A DNA stretch of 64,000 nt from Eledone cirrhosa. Taxonomy: Eukaryota. The position numbers were made by a program, and so were the translations under genes. Under the pieces are notes generated by a model. It saw only the letters and a list, made by a program, of their open reading frames with translations. It searched no databases and had not been told where the DNA came from. The DNA is taken from NCBI GenBank assembly GCA_964016885.1, contig OZ024741.1, forward strand, positions 350,052,001 through 350,116,000, given 5' to 3'. Below are positions 28,973 through 42,293 of this stretch, piece after piece. The first letter of the stretch is position 1; each line of letters opens with the position of its first letter.

Positions 28973-29899
28973 GTGTGACAGCTCACACCTATGCAGGTTT
29001 AGCTGGCCCCCTCCAAGGTATATCTCGTTGGTGATACCCAGAAACATTAGTGTCTGCAGTTCTGTTCGCATGCCAACACAAGAGCAAGAATGAAGTGTTC
29101 ATTCTACTGACATGGCTATAAAATTGAGGCTTGTTTGCATAATTGCAAACGAATCGAATTTTATTATTAATATTCGAAAAACTCAGATTACATTTATTAT
29201 ATATATATATATATACACCTACACACATAATGATTTTCTGCTCTTCGATACAATGCAGATAAAAAATATAAAGATGGTATTGGGGCAAAAGGATGAAAAA
29301 ACAAAACAAAATAATGTTTTACCCATGATAATCTGCTTTACAACGAACGCAGAAAAACGAGACGTTCTTTGACTTACAGAAAAAGTCGGTGAATGTCCAC
29401 AGAGAAAATATCAGTGATATAATTCCTTACTCAGATCATCTAGATTCTCCTCAGATGAAGAAATCTACAGAACAGAACAACCCTTTATCTACAATCCACA
29501 GAGGTGAGCCTCACAAGCTGGAATGTCCCTTGCAGTGCATCTCTCTCACCATCCTCTGGGGAACCGCCTTCTCCATTCTGTCCGTCGGGGCCGCGGGGCG
29601 GCCAGCTCATGGGCCCTCATTTGTCCATAATAGTCAGAGATGAGGAGAGTGAGAGAGGCGGAGACAGTGACAGTGGGAGTTTGGTTCTTCTGTGTTCGCA
29701 CCTGGTGTATATATGTGTATATATGTGTATATATGTGTATATATATGTATATAAGAGAGAATGATTTTATTTTGTGAGAGAAATATTTGTGATATTAGAT
29801 CTAGAAGACCAAACTATATGTGTATAGACACGCAGTCGAGTATAACTTGGTATCAGCATGCACTGTTTCCAGATAAACATTTTAATGTGTGTGTGTGTG

Positions 29900-30150
29900 T
29901 GTAGATTTTGTCTCGAACTGGTAGAGCTCCTCGGTAGCACTGCCAGGCCAGAGACCTCTGGAAGTTATCCATAGGCCCTGGACGGAAAGTCCTCCCGAAC
30001 AGACTGGTCAGTTCGTCTTCCTCGATGCCTAGAGTTTCCCCGACAACGTCGTCGCACTTATCCTCCACTAATCCCCTATAGAATGTCGAAGTGAAGTCTC
30101 CGCTGATTGCCGTTTCCGCTTGGTAGAGAGCTGTGAGCGCCTGAAGGCAC

Positions 30151-30153
<3 letters not shown>
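29900..30153 (-). pseudogene. Internal Tx1 ORF2 fragment
   Basis: KCDDVVGETLGIEEDELTSLFGRTFRPGPMDNFQRSLAWQCYRGALPVRDK matches ORF2 of the adjacent array; flanked by (TG)n and (TA)n. Confidence 0.8.
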
Positions 30154-30225
<72 letters not shown>

Positions 30226-30294
30226 CATATATATATATATATATATATTATACATATTTATATATATATATATGTATCACTATCAAACAGAACT

Positions 30295-30339
<45 letters not shown>

Positions 30340-30340
30340 T

Positions 30341-30400
<60 letters not shown>
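30295..30400. repeat. (GATA)n tract 1 (others: 31013-31085, 32836-32891, 35577-35674, 41510-41574)
   Basis: Direct reading. Confidence 0.95.
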
Positions 30401-31012
30401 TATTTCTTTATTAGCCACAGGGGCACAAAAGAAGGGGACAAATACAAAGGGGGAAGTTTACATACAATAAAAACGTGTAAAATGTTATCACAGATGGAAT
30501 TTAAAAGTTAGTCGATTTTCCCCAATAGAGGGAGACAGTTTATATGGGTAACACAGACCCCCGAAAAAAATGTGCAACCCTCATCTCCAGGAGTACGAAG
30601 AGCTTGTACTCCTTTCCTCTCCTCCTCCTTTTCCTCAACCTACAGGCTGATATAGAGAGAAGGCCCATTCACTCGGGCCATTCTCGCCACTTTCACCCAC
30701 CTTTCATAAAACTTGCTGGGGTACAGCACCTCTCTCTCCATCCTGATTCTTCTTCCAAAGTGGTATTTGAAAAAAAGAATCAGTTGTTGGCCGGAGAGAA
30801 AGGTGTCTGACCTCAGCCCTTTCAACCTTGTCCACCATACAACCTCTTTCGCCATAGCTATCACACAAAGGAAAACCGCCTCTCCTTCGTTTTTGAAGGA
30901 GGGTGGCGGTTTGATCATGACAATGGACTCGGTGGTCAACCGGATTGGTCCCACCCGCGACAATAGTCGTTCTACATAGCCCCACAGGTCAGTGACGCCC
31001 GGGCAGTGTATG

Positions 31013-31013
<1 letters not shown>
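30401..31013 (-). mobile_element. Tx1/L1-clade LINE copy 1 (~0.6 kb, 5'-truncated)
   Basis: ORF2 C-terminus (30640-31013) plus 3' UTR ending AATAAAGAAATA; (GATA)n on both sides. Confidence 0.92.
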
Positions 31014-31067
<54 letters not shown>

Positions 31068-31085
31068 AAGATAGATAGATAGATA

Positions 31086-32835
31086 TGCCCCTGTGGCTAA
31101 TAAAGAATTATTAGCCACAGGGGCACAAAAGAAGGGGACAAATACAAAGGGGGAAGTTTACATACAATAAAAACGTAAAATATTATCACAAATGTAATCT
31201 AAAAATTAGTCCATTTTCCCCAATAGGGGGAGACATTTCATATGGGTAACACATACCCCCGAAAAAAAATGTGCAACCCTCATCTCCAGGAGTACGAAGA
31301 GTTTGTACTCCTTTCCTCTCCTCCTCTTTTTCCTCAACCTACAGGCTGATATAGAGAGAAGGCCCATTCACTCGGGCCATTCTCGCCACTTTCACCCACC
31401 TTTCATAAAACTTGCTGGGGTACAGCACCTCTCTCTCCATCCTGATTCTTCTTCCAAAGTGGCATTTGAAAAAAAGAATCAGTTGTTGGCCGGAGAGAAA
31501 GGTGTCTGACCTCAGCCCTTTCAACCTTGTCAACCATACAACCTCTTTCGCCATAGCTATCACACAAAGGAAAACCGCCTCTCCTTCGTTTTTGAAGGAG
31601 GGTGGCGGTTTGATCATGACAATGGACTCGGTGGTCAACCGGATTGGTCCCACCCGCGACAATAGTCGTTCTACATAGCCCCACAGGTCGGTGACGCCCG
31701 GGCAGTGTATGAATGCGTGCGCGACGGTTTCTTCGTCTCGCACGCACCTCGGAAAGATCTTTTTTGCAGGGTCCCTGCCCGGGCGCCCATGTCTGTAGAG
31801 CTTGTCTCGAACTGGTAGAGCTCCTTGGTAGCACTGCCAGGCCAGGGACTTTTGGAAGTTGTCAATCGGTCCTACCGAACAGACTGGCCAGTTCGTCTTC
31901 CTCTAGGCCTAGAGTTTCACCGAGCACGTCGTCGCACTTGCTGCGGATCAACCCTCTATAGAATGACGAAGTAGAGTCTCCACTGATCGCCGGATCCGCC
32001 TGCCAGAGGGCTGTGAGCGCCTGAGCACATTCGATGTGCCAGTCGCCCATTTTCCTCAGTCTTTGCTTGACCCAGGACTGCAGCTCGGTCAGCGAGACGA
32101 GTCGTGGGAAGGCTCGCCTCACGAACGGGGCCCACACCGGTTGTCCGGTGAGGAATACGTAGAGATGCCGCAGCCTGAGCGTGTGTTTGCGGATCGTCAG
32201 ACACGGCAACCCCAGCCCTCCGTTGGAAGGGCGTTGGCAGCAGATGGATCTTCTCACCAAAGGAGCCCGCCTCTTCCAAAGGAATTGGAAGAGCGCGCGC
32301 TCCATTTTGGCGAGCGTTTTGGCTAGACAAGGCACGACGGTCAAGCGGTAGTAGATGACGGACGCTATAAAAGTGTTCGCCACCTCCGCTCAACCTTTCA
32401 ATGATAGTTTGCACTCGACCCACTTCTGGGTGAGTGCAAACACCTTGGCCGACACCTCGTTCCAGTTCTTCTCCACCTGGAGGTCCGGACCAAACCAGAC
32501 CCCGAGCAGCTTTACTGGTCCTTCCGTCCAGCGTCCGACGACGCCATCGGAAGGCATCGGTTTGCCTCTCCACGATCCGAGTTGCAAACCGATGGACTTG
32601 TCCCGGTTCAGCTTCGCTCCTGTGAAGCTTTCGTATTCCTTCAGTAAGGTGCTGACTTCCTCGATTTGCAAGGCGCTCGACACCACTACTGGCACGTCGT
32701 CGGCGTAGGCCGACGCCGCTTTCCGCAGTCCCGGTTCCAGAGGGATGCCCTGCAATAGCTCCAACTTCCGCAGTAGTGGCTCGGGAGTCAATACGTACAG
32801 AAGGGAGGAGAGAGGGCATCCCTGTCGAATGGATC
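31086..32835 (-). mobile_element. Tx1/L1-clade LINE copy 2 (~1.75 kb, truncated in RT at IRQGCP)
   Basis: Broken ORF2 with AYADD and CCHC; 3' end carries a fold-back; (GATA)n on both sides. Confidence 0.92.
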
Positions 32836-32872
<37 letters not shown>

Positions 32873-32891
32873 TGTAGATAGATAGATAGAT

Positions 32892-35576
32892 ATGTTTCTT
32901 TATTAGCCACAGGGGCACAAAAGAAGGGGACAAATACAAAGGGGGAAGTTTACATACAATAAAAACGTGTAAAATGTTATCACAGATGGAATTTAAAAGT
33001 TAGTCGATTTTCCCCAATAGAGGGAGACAGTTTATATGGGTAACACATACCCCCGAAAAAAATGTGCAACCCTCATCTCCAGGAGTACGAAGAGCTTGTA
33101 CTCCTTTCTTCTCCTCCTCCTTTTCCTCAATCTACAGGCTGATATAGAGAGAAGGCCCATTCACTCGGGCCATTCTCGCCACTTTCACCCACCTTTCATA
33201 AAACTTGCTGGGGTACAGCACCTCTCTCTCCATCCTGATTCTTCTTCCAAAGTGGTATTTGAAAAAAAGAATCAGTTGTTGGCCGGAGAGAAAGGTGTCT
33301 GACCTCAGCCCTTTCAACCTTGTCCACCATACAACCTCTTTCGCCATAGCTATCACACAAAAGAAAACCGCCTCTCCTTCGTTTTTGAAGGAGGGTGGCG
33401 GTTTGATCATGACAATGGACTCGGTGGTCAACTGGATTGGTCCCACCCGCGACAATAGTCGTTCTACATATCCCCACAGGTCAGTGACGCCCGGGCAGTG
33501 TATGAATGCGTGCGCGACGGTTTCTTCGTCTCGCACGCACCTCGGACAGATCTTTTTTGCAGGGTCCCTGCCCGGGCGCCCATGTCTGTAGAGCTTGTCT
33601 CGAACTGGTAGAGCTCCTCGGTAGCACTGCCAGGCCAGGGACTTTTGGAAGTTGTCCATCGGTCCCGGGCGGAAGGTCCTACCGAACAGACTGGCCAGTT
33701 CATCTTCCTCCACGCCTAGAGTTTCACCGAGCGCGTCGTCGCACTTGCTGCGGACCAACCCTCTATAGAATGACGAAGTGGAGTCTCCACTGATCGCCGG
33801 GTCCGCCTGCCAGAGGGCTGTGAGCGCCTGAGCACATTCGATGTGCCAGTCGCCCATTTTCCTCGGTCTCTGCTTGACCCAGGACTGCAGCTCGGTCAGT
33901 GAGACGAGTCGTGGGAAGGCTCGCCTCACGAACGGGGCCCACACCGGTTGTCCGGTGAGGAATACGTAGAGATGCCGCAGCCTGAGCGCGTGTTTGCGCA
34001 TCGTCAACCACGGCATCCCCAGCCCTCCGTTAGAAGGGTGTTGGCAGCAGATGGATCTTCTTACCAAAGGAGCCCGCCTCTTCCAAAGGAATCGGAAGAG
34101 GGCGCGCTCCATTTTGGCGAGCGTTTTGGCTGGACAAGGCACGACGGTCAAGCGGTAGTAGATGGCGGACGCTATAAAAGTGTTCGCCACCTCCGCTCGA
34201 CCTTTCAAGGATAGTTTGCACTCGGCCCACTTCTGGGTGAGTGCAAACACCTTGGCCGTCACTTCGTTCCAGTTCTTCTCCACCTGGAGGTCCGGACCAA
34301 ACCAGACCCCGAGCAGCTTTACCGGTCCTTCCGTCCAGCGTCCGACGACGCCATCGGAAGGCATCGGTCTGCCTCTCCACGATCCGAGTTGCAAACCGAT
34401 GGACTTGTCCCGGTTCAGCTTCGCTCCTGTGAGACTTTCGTATTCCTTTAGTTAGGTGCCGACTTTCTCGATTTGCGAGGCGCTCGACACCATTACTGTC
34501 ACGTCGTCGGCGTAGGCCGACGCCGCTTTCCGCAGTCCCGGTTCCAGAGGGATGCCCTGCAATAGCTCCAGCTTCCGCAGTAGTGGCTCGAGAGTCAGTA
34601 CGTACAGAAGGGAGGAGAGAGGGCATCCCTGTCGAATGGATCGCGTAATATGGAACGGCTCCGAGAGGTAACCGTTCACCTTGACCCTTGAGCAGATGTT
34701 GCTGTTGTGCATTGCAGCAATCCAGCCCCTGAACACGGGTCCGAAGCCTGCCGCCTCGAGCACCGCATCCAGGTAACGATGGTCAACCCTATCGAAAGCC
34801 TTAGACTGATCCAAGTTGATCAGGGCCCCACCGAAGCCGGGTTTACACCCTACCCTCTCTATGATGTATCGCATGAGGTGGAGGTTGTCGTGTATGGACC
34901 TGGTCGGGATCGCGCATGTCTGCGCTTCTCCCACCAGGTTCTTGACGACAAGCGCCAGCCTCTTTGCCAACACCTTGGCCAAAATCTGTAACTCTGTGTT
35001 TAGCAGAGTTATGGGCTGGAAGTTGCCTATGTCATCCCCCTTATTCTCGTCCTTCCTGATTAGTGTGACCACGCCCCCGGTTACAGAACTGGGAATTCTC
35101 CCGTTCTGTTGCCAGTTGTAGTAGACCGCTTCCAGGAGACCGGAGAATAAGTCCGGCATTGCTACGTAAAATTCGTAGGGTAGACCGTCGAGACCTGGAG
35201 ATTTGCGTTTGCCGCATTGGCTCAGCGCGTCCCCTATCTCAGTGGCTGAAATAGGCTTTTCGCAGAACTTTGCCTCGCTGTCCGAGAGTCGCGGCAGGCC
35301 GTCGAGGTATGGATCGAAATCCATAGCCTCTCCCCCCCCCCCCCCCCCCCCCAACAGTTGACAAAGTGCCGCTGAAAAGCCGCACACATCTGCTTCGGCT
35401 CACGTATCACGCGTCCGTTTTGGTCCTTCAAAGACCGAATCGTGGACTTGTTGCCACTTTTTGCCTCCGTCACTCGGGCCCAGCTAACAGCTTTGGCTCC
35501 CTCGTTTTCCAGAGCACGTATTTTGCTTCTGACAACGCAGCCCTCGTGCTTTGCGTCGAAGAACTGGTCCAAGGCC
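32892..35576 (-). mobile_element. Tx1/L1-clade LINE copy 3 (~2.7 kb, truncated between EN and RT)
   Basis: ORFs 34452-35387 (RT: DQSKAFD, IRQGCPLS, AYADD) and 33132-34394 (thumb, CPRC..H..C); 3' UTR nearly identical to copy 1. Confidence 0.93.
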
Positions 35577-35627
<51 letters not shown>

Positions 35628-35628
35628 T

Positions 35629-35674
<46 letters not shown>

Positions 35675-35888
35675 TTCTTTATTTACCATAAAGGCATAAA
35701 AAGAAGGGACAAATACAAAGGGGGAGTTTACATAAAACCGAGTAAAAAGGGTATAAAATGAAAATAATCGAAAACAACCTCAAAAGGGAGGGGACGTGAT
35801 GGGGGTTGCACACATACCCGAAAAAGTGTGCAATCCTTTTCCCGGGGAGCACATGGAGAGGGTGCTCCCTTCTCCTTCACTTCTTTAC

Positions 35889-38800
35889 CTACAGGATGGT
35901 ATACAGAGAAGGCCCATTTACACGAGCCATTCTCGCCACTATCACCCACCTTTCATAAAACTGCCTGTGGCCAAGCACCTCTCTCTCCATTCTTATCCTT
36001 CTTCCGAAGTGATATCGGAAGAAGTAGACCAGACTATGGCCAGAGAGGAAGTTGCCTGACCTCAGACCTTTCAATCGTGTCCACCAAACAACCTCTTTCA
36101 ACATGGCTATTACGCACAGAAAAACCGCCTTTGCTTCCTTTGTGAAGAGGGGAGGCGGCTTGATTGTCATCACGGACTCGGCGGTCAATCGAATCGGCGC
36201 CACCCGCGACAGCAGTCGTTCGGCGTAGCCTCACAGATCAGCCACGCCCGGACATTGCACCAATGCGTGCGCAACGGTTTCTTCGTGACGCACGCATCTA
36301 GGGCAAATCTTTTTCGATGGATCCCTGCCCGGGCGCCCGTGTCTGTAGAGCCTCTCTCGAACGGGTAGAGCCCCCCGGTAGCACTGCCAGGCTAGTGACT
36401 TCTGGAAGTTGTCCATTGGTCCCGGGCTGAAAGTCCTACCGAACAGGCTGGCCAGTTCGTCCTCTTCCATGTACAGCGACTCTCCAAGGGTGTCATCGCC
36501 CCTGCTAGCCACCAGCCCTCTATAGAATGATGAGGTGGATTCTCCACCGATTGCCGGGCCCGCTTGCCAGAGAGCCCTGAGCGCCTGGGCACACTCAGTG
36601 TGCCAGTTTCCTAGTTTTCCGGATCTTTGCTTGACCCAGGACTGCAGCTCGGTGAGCGAGACGAGTCTCGGAAAGGCTCGTTTCACGAACGGAGCCCACA
36701 CCGGTTGACCAGTGAGGAATACCTGTAGGTGCCGTAGCCTTAATGCGTGCCTACGCATCATCAACCACGGCATCCCCAGCCCTCCTTTCGAAGGTTGTTG
36801 GCAGCAGATGGATCTTCTCACCATAGGAGGGCGCTTCTTCCAAAGAAATTGGAAGAGCATGCGTTCCATGGTGGTGAGTGTTTCCTTAGGGCAAGGCACG
36901 ACAGTCAGGCGGTAGTAAGTGACGGACGCTATGTAAATGTTCGCCACCTCCGCCCGACCTTTTAGGGACAGCTTACACTTGGCCCATTTCTGGGTTAGTG
37001 CAAACACCTTGTTCGTAACCTCGTCCCAGTTCTTTTCCACCTGGAGGTCCGGTCCAAACCAGACCCCAAGCAACTTCACCGGGCCCTCCGTCCAGTGTCC
37101 GACGACACCGTCGGGAGGCATCGGTCTGCCTCTCCACGTTCCGAGTTGCAGCCCGATGGATTTTTCCCGGTTCAGTTTCGCTCCTGACAACCTTTCGTAA
37201 TCCTCCAGTAAGGTACCGATCGCCTCGATCTCCGAGTCGGTCGATACCATTACTGTTACGTCATCGGCGTAGGCCGACACCGCTTTGCTCAATCCTGGTT
37301 CCAGGGGGATACCCTGCAACAACTCCAACTTCCTCAGTAAAGGCTCGAGAGTCAATACGTACAGAAGGGAGGAGAGAGGGCACCCCTGTCGAATGGATCG
37401 TGTGATTTCGAACGGCTTCGAAAGGTAGCCGTTCACCTTGATCCTAGAACAGATGTGGTTGCTATGTAAGGCAGTGATCCAGCCTCTGAAAACAGGACCA
37501 AACCCAGCCGCCGCTAGCACCGCATCCAGGTAACCATGGTCGATCCTATCGAATGCCTTAGACTGATCCAAGTTGATCAGGGCCCCACCGAAGCCGGGTT
37601 TGTTGCCAACCCTCTCTATGATGTATCGCATGAGGTAGAGGTTATCGTGAATGGACCTGGATGGGATAGCACATGTCTGCGCATCTCCCACCAGGCCACC
37701 CACGACAAGCGCCAACCTCTTTGCTAACACCTTGGCCAAAATCTTTAACTCTGTGTTTAGCAGGGTTATGGGCCGAAAATTATTTATACTATCCCCCTTG
37801 TTCTCGTCCTTCCTCACCAGCGAGACTACGCCCTTGGCTACAGAACAAGGAATTCTCCCGTTCTGCTGCCAATTGTAGTAGACCGCTTCGAGGAGTTCGG
37901 AGAAGAAGACCGGCATTGCTAAATAAAGTTCGTAAGGTATACCATCGAGACCTGGAGATTTGCGTCTGCTGCATTGGCTCAGCGCATCCCCGATCTCATC
38001 AGCCGAGATTGGTCCCTCGCAGGACTCTGCCTCTTCGCTCGAGAGACGCGGCAGGCCGTCGAGGTATGGACCGAAATCCACGTCCCCGCCCGGACCCTCG
38101 CCTCCCCCGAATAATCGGACAAAGTGCCTTTGAAAGGCCTCGCACATCTGCTTAGGCTCCCGGATCACCCGTCCATCCTCGTCTTGCAAAGACCGGATGG
38201 TGGATCGATTTCCACTCTTAGCTTCTGTTACGCGGGCCCAGCCAACGGCTTTGGCCCCCTCATTACCTAGAGCACGTATTTTACTTCGAATGACGCAGCC
38301 TTCGTGCTTTGCATCGAAAAACTGGCTCAAGGCCGTCCTCGATGCCAGCACTCTGGCCACATCTTCGCTCTTGATTGCCTCTTCTAATTTACCTGTTAAT
38401 TCTTTCTCGTTTCTATTCCTATCGGCAGCTAACATCTTGCTATAACTTATTGATTCTGTTCTAATCTCTCTTTTGAGAGATGCCCACCATCGGTTGTTGA
38501 CGATTGCACCCATTAACCTCTCCTTAACTAATCTGCTAATCCGGTTTCTGTAAGTCTCTTTTGCCGGTAAAGACAAATTAAGTTTCCAGTAACTGGGACC
38601 CTGTTTATGTGTTTTCTCAAGATTGACTACGCAGGTCACTAATTTGTGATCCGTATAGCCAACCGTGAGCATTTCTGGACAGCTTAATATGTCCCTATCT
38701 TTACTTCTAACTAAGAATCTATCTAAGTACGATCTAGATTGACCACGGTGGTTCGTCCAAGTCCAGGTTGGCACAGTTGGAAAATCTAGTCGATATCTAT

Positions 38801-39326
38801 CGACCAAGTTAAAACGGTCGAGTAACCCCTTGAGGCTGTTACATCCTCCTCTATTAGGACATGCTCCTGCATAGTCCCAACGTGCATCTAGGATGTCATT
38901 CCAATCCCCCGCTAGAAGCAGGGAACGCGACGTTCCCAGAAAAGTCTCCAGACGCTGGAAGAAGTTGGGTCGTTCAGCTCCGAAAGGGGAGTAGACGGCG
39001 ACCAGTCTCAAGGCCGCACCTTCACTACTGTCAACGTCTAGCACCAACAAACGACCCTCCGGGTCCGAGTGAACAACCTGTACGGCGAGACCCAGGTGTT
39101 TTTCCAGCAGTACGACAACCCCACCCCCACCTCCAGGTTGACAGAGAGATGCATGCACCTCAAAGTCATCGAAGGTAGGGGCCAGCTGCCGCACGACGCT
39201 GATCCGAGTCTCACAGATAACCATTACATTTATACCACGTGACCTGAGGTCATTTAGAAGCTTTGCTTGCTTCCAAGTTGAGCCCAGGCCACGTGCATTC
39301 AAACATCCTACTCTTAACACATCCAT
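35889..39326 (-). pseudogene. Tx1 ORF2 (APE endonuclease-RT-CCHC), 1145 codons with one internal TGA at 36231-36233
   Basis: LNARGL, ICETR, VYSP, GDWND, YLDRF, YTDHK; FRPITLLN, DQSKAFD, IRQGCPLS, AYADD; CPRC-x8-H-x4-C. The stop falls where copies 2 and 3 have Trp (DLWGY), and ORF 35889-36203 continues in frame. Confidence 0.93.
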
Positions 39327-41271
39327 GTGGGCGGCAAAGCCTTTCTTCTTCCCGGGGTTCGGGTCGCACGACTTCCATGGGGTCGGGGGTGTTGGGTGAA
39401 GGAGTGTCTTGTGGTGGTGTGAGGTCGTCAGTGTGTGGTGGGGTTGGGGTGTTTGGAGTTGTGTTGGGGAGGGGAAGGGGAGGGGGAAAGCTTTTTAGTA
39501 GGACGCGGTTTATGGGTTTGACAGAGGGTGGTCCTACGTCCTCCTTAAAATCCTTTTTTAGTTTTTGGTAGAGGTTCATTGGGATCTTTATTAATTTTAA
39601 ATGTGGGTAGTTTTCTGAAGAAACAAAGTTTACACCTTCGGTTTGTACCGAAGGGTTATTGCTTATGAGTTCATTTAATTTATTATTGTTTCTGTTGATG
39701 TAAGTATAGTGTAATGTCTTTTTTTCGGATGGTGTGAGTGTTTCGAAGAGGGGAGGGGCAGGTTTGGTTTTGTTTGTTGCTGGAGGGGTGTTTTGTGTTT
39801 TGTTGGATTGTGTTGACATTTGGGTAGGGGTTGTTTGGCCTTGTGTGTTTTGCACATGTTTTCTTTTTTTCCTTTTAATCTGTCTGAAGGACTCCGTTTC
39901 TTCCTTCGAATTCGTTGGGTTATCTTCAGTGTTGGAGGGAAGAGGTATGTTTGCTGGTAATGTTTCCGGGTTGGTTTTCTTTGTGGGGGAGATGGATGTC
40001 ACTATGTTAGACTGTGCTGTGTGTTGTAGCTGCGGTGGTTGTGTTGTTTTATTGAGTGAGGGGTTGGGTGGGACTGTGTTTTGTTTTTGGGTAATGTGTT
40101 GTGACTGTTTGTGTTGTGGTGGTGGTGTAGTTTTACTGAGGGACGGGTTGGGTGGGACTGAGTTTTGTTGTTTGTTTATCTGTTGTGGTGGTGGTGGAGC
40201 TGGTGTTGGTAGCAGGGTTTTCTTCTTGTTGAGTTGGGGACAAGCCGCCTTCAGGTGCCCTCTGCCTGCACAGATATGACAGGACGGCCTTCTCCCCTCC
40301 ACGCTAATGTTTATATACCCGTGGCCCTCTAATAGGATTCTGTCGGGTATTTGGGCAATGCGTTCAGGCTTCATTTGCACTACAAGTTCTATACCTGTTC
40401 CACTGAACGCATTGCCTGTGGTTTTCCCAATGGAAATCACGTTGTCATTCGCTGGATCGATGAAGCCAGCTATGAACCAGCAGTAGTCCACATCTGGCAT
40501 ATGTAGTCCGCATCCAGCCATATGCGCTGAGTTCTTTTACCCATATAAGATGGATAAAAGGTAAAATTTGTCGAACGAATCGGCGACAAAGCATATTTTT
40601 TTGCCGCCGATTCGTTCTTCATAATAATCGCTAGGCTTCCATACAGTCTGTCTCTTCTTATGAAAGTGGTTTCATTAAGTACTTCTGTAAGTACTGCTTT
40701 GATTTCTGTTTGTGTTGGTTGTTGAGGTTTTTTAGAAATGTTGATGGTGCGGAAAACGACCGTCCGACTTTCAATGTCTTTGGTGAGTTCTTGAGGCATT
40801 TTTACCGATAAAATACCATTTTCCCCTTGAGTTATGTATTGTTTGGCGTTTTTAATTCTTTGTGCCACATCTGAAATATTTTCAGGTATATATGTCAAAG
40901 ATTTCTTTGTTGTTTGTGCAAATGAAATATTATTGGTGTTGACTTTGTCGTCTGCTTTGCTTTCTGTTATGATGTTGTTTTCAAATGTTATTTTTGTGTT
41001 TGTTGTGTCTTTGTTTGTGGTATTAATATTGTCATGCAATTTTTCAAACTTTTTTTTGTTGTTGGAATCAATGTCCAGATTTGTGTTTTCGTCATTTTTC
41101 TCTGCACATTCGTCTGTTTTTATTTTATTTTTTCTTTCCTTCTCTATGACGTTAGTTGGGAAGGAAGGGGGTACTAAAGCGTGCGAGCTTACAACTCTTA
41201 CCGCTCTCCCCCCCCCCCCCCCCCCCCCCACCACCACCACCACCACTATTTTCGTTAGCTTCGTTTAACAT
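39250..41271 (-). pseudogene. Tx1 ORF1 (zinc-knuckle nucleic-acid-binding protein), frameshifted
   Basis: CHICAGRGHLKAAC = CX2CX4HX4C followed by a Pro/Thr/Gln-rich region. Split into 40470-41246 and 39250-40521. Likely ATG at 41271, ahead of a poly-G run. Homologous to 60730-61422. Confidence 0.8.
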
Positions 41272-41508
41272 TTCTGTCAGACGATTGAAATTTTATGCGA
41301 CAAAATTTTTAAAAACAGGTTTTCCACCCCTGGGAGGGGCGAAGATGAGCTGACCCACCGCCTGACAGTTCAGACGGGGGGTCAAGCTACACAATAGTAT
41401 CAAAATTAAAATTGAACTTACAAAATTTCCGCAATAAATTGGAACAAAACTTCTGCGCGAAGTGAATTACATCTACGCTGTAGAACAGACGACAGCTAGA
41501 TCATCTTT

Positions 41509-41574
<66 letters not shown>

Positions 41575-41759
41575 GGAATGTTTATTGTTGACAACATTTA
41601 CACGGTATTTGGCTGCTATTTCTAGTAAGTCAAGCTACGGTGTAGACTCCTTTCATGCCTCTTGTTAATATTTTTATTGGTGGTAGTAGTAGTGGTAGTG
41701 TTTTTTTAATGATGTTTCTAGTAGTGGTAGTGATGGTGCTTTTGTTGATGGCGGGGGTA

Positions 41760-42142
41760 GTGGAGGGTGGTGGTGGTGGTGGTGGTGGTGGTGGTGGTGT
41801 TGGTGGTGGTGGTGGTGGTGGTGGTGGTGGTGGTAGTGGTGGCGGCGGCGGCGGTGGTGGTGGTGGTGGTGGTGGTGGTGGTGGTAGTGGTGGTGGTGGA
41901 AGTGGCGGTGGTGGTGGTGGTGGTGGTGGTGATGCTGGTGATGCTGGTGGTGGTGGTGGTGGTGGTGGTGGTGGTGGTGGTGGTGGTGGTGGTGGTGGTG
42001 GTGGTGGTGATGCTGGTGATGGTGGTGGTGGTGGTGGTGGTGGTGGCAGCGGTAGTGGTGGTGGTGGTGGTGGTGGTGGTGGTGGTGGTGGTGGTGGTGG
42101 TGGTGGTGGTGGTGGTGGTGGTGGTGGTGGCAGCGGTAGTGG

Positions 42143-42173
<31 letters not shown>

Positions 42174-42262
42174 GATGCTGGTGGTGGTGGTGGTGGTGGT
42201 GGTGGTGGTGGTGGTGGTGGTGGTGGTGGTGGTGGTGGTGGTGGCAGCGGTAGTGGTAGTGG

Positions 42263-42293
<31 letters not shown>

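Larger units (their letters stand above)
35675..41509 (-). mobile_element. Tx1/L1-clade LINE copy 4, apparently full length (~5.8 kb), divergent subfamily
   Basis: 5' UTR, ORF1, ORF2 and a 3' UTR ending AATAAAGAAA; (GATA)n at both ends. Confidence 0.93.
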
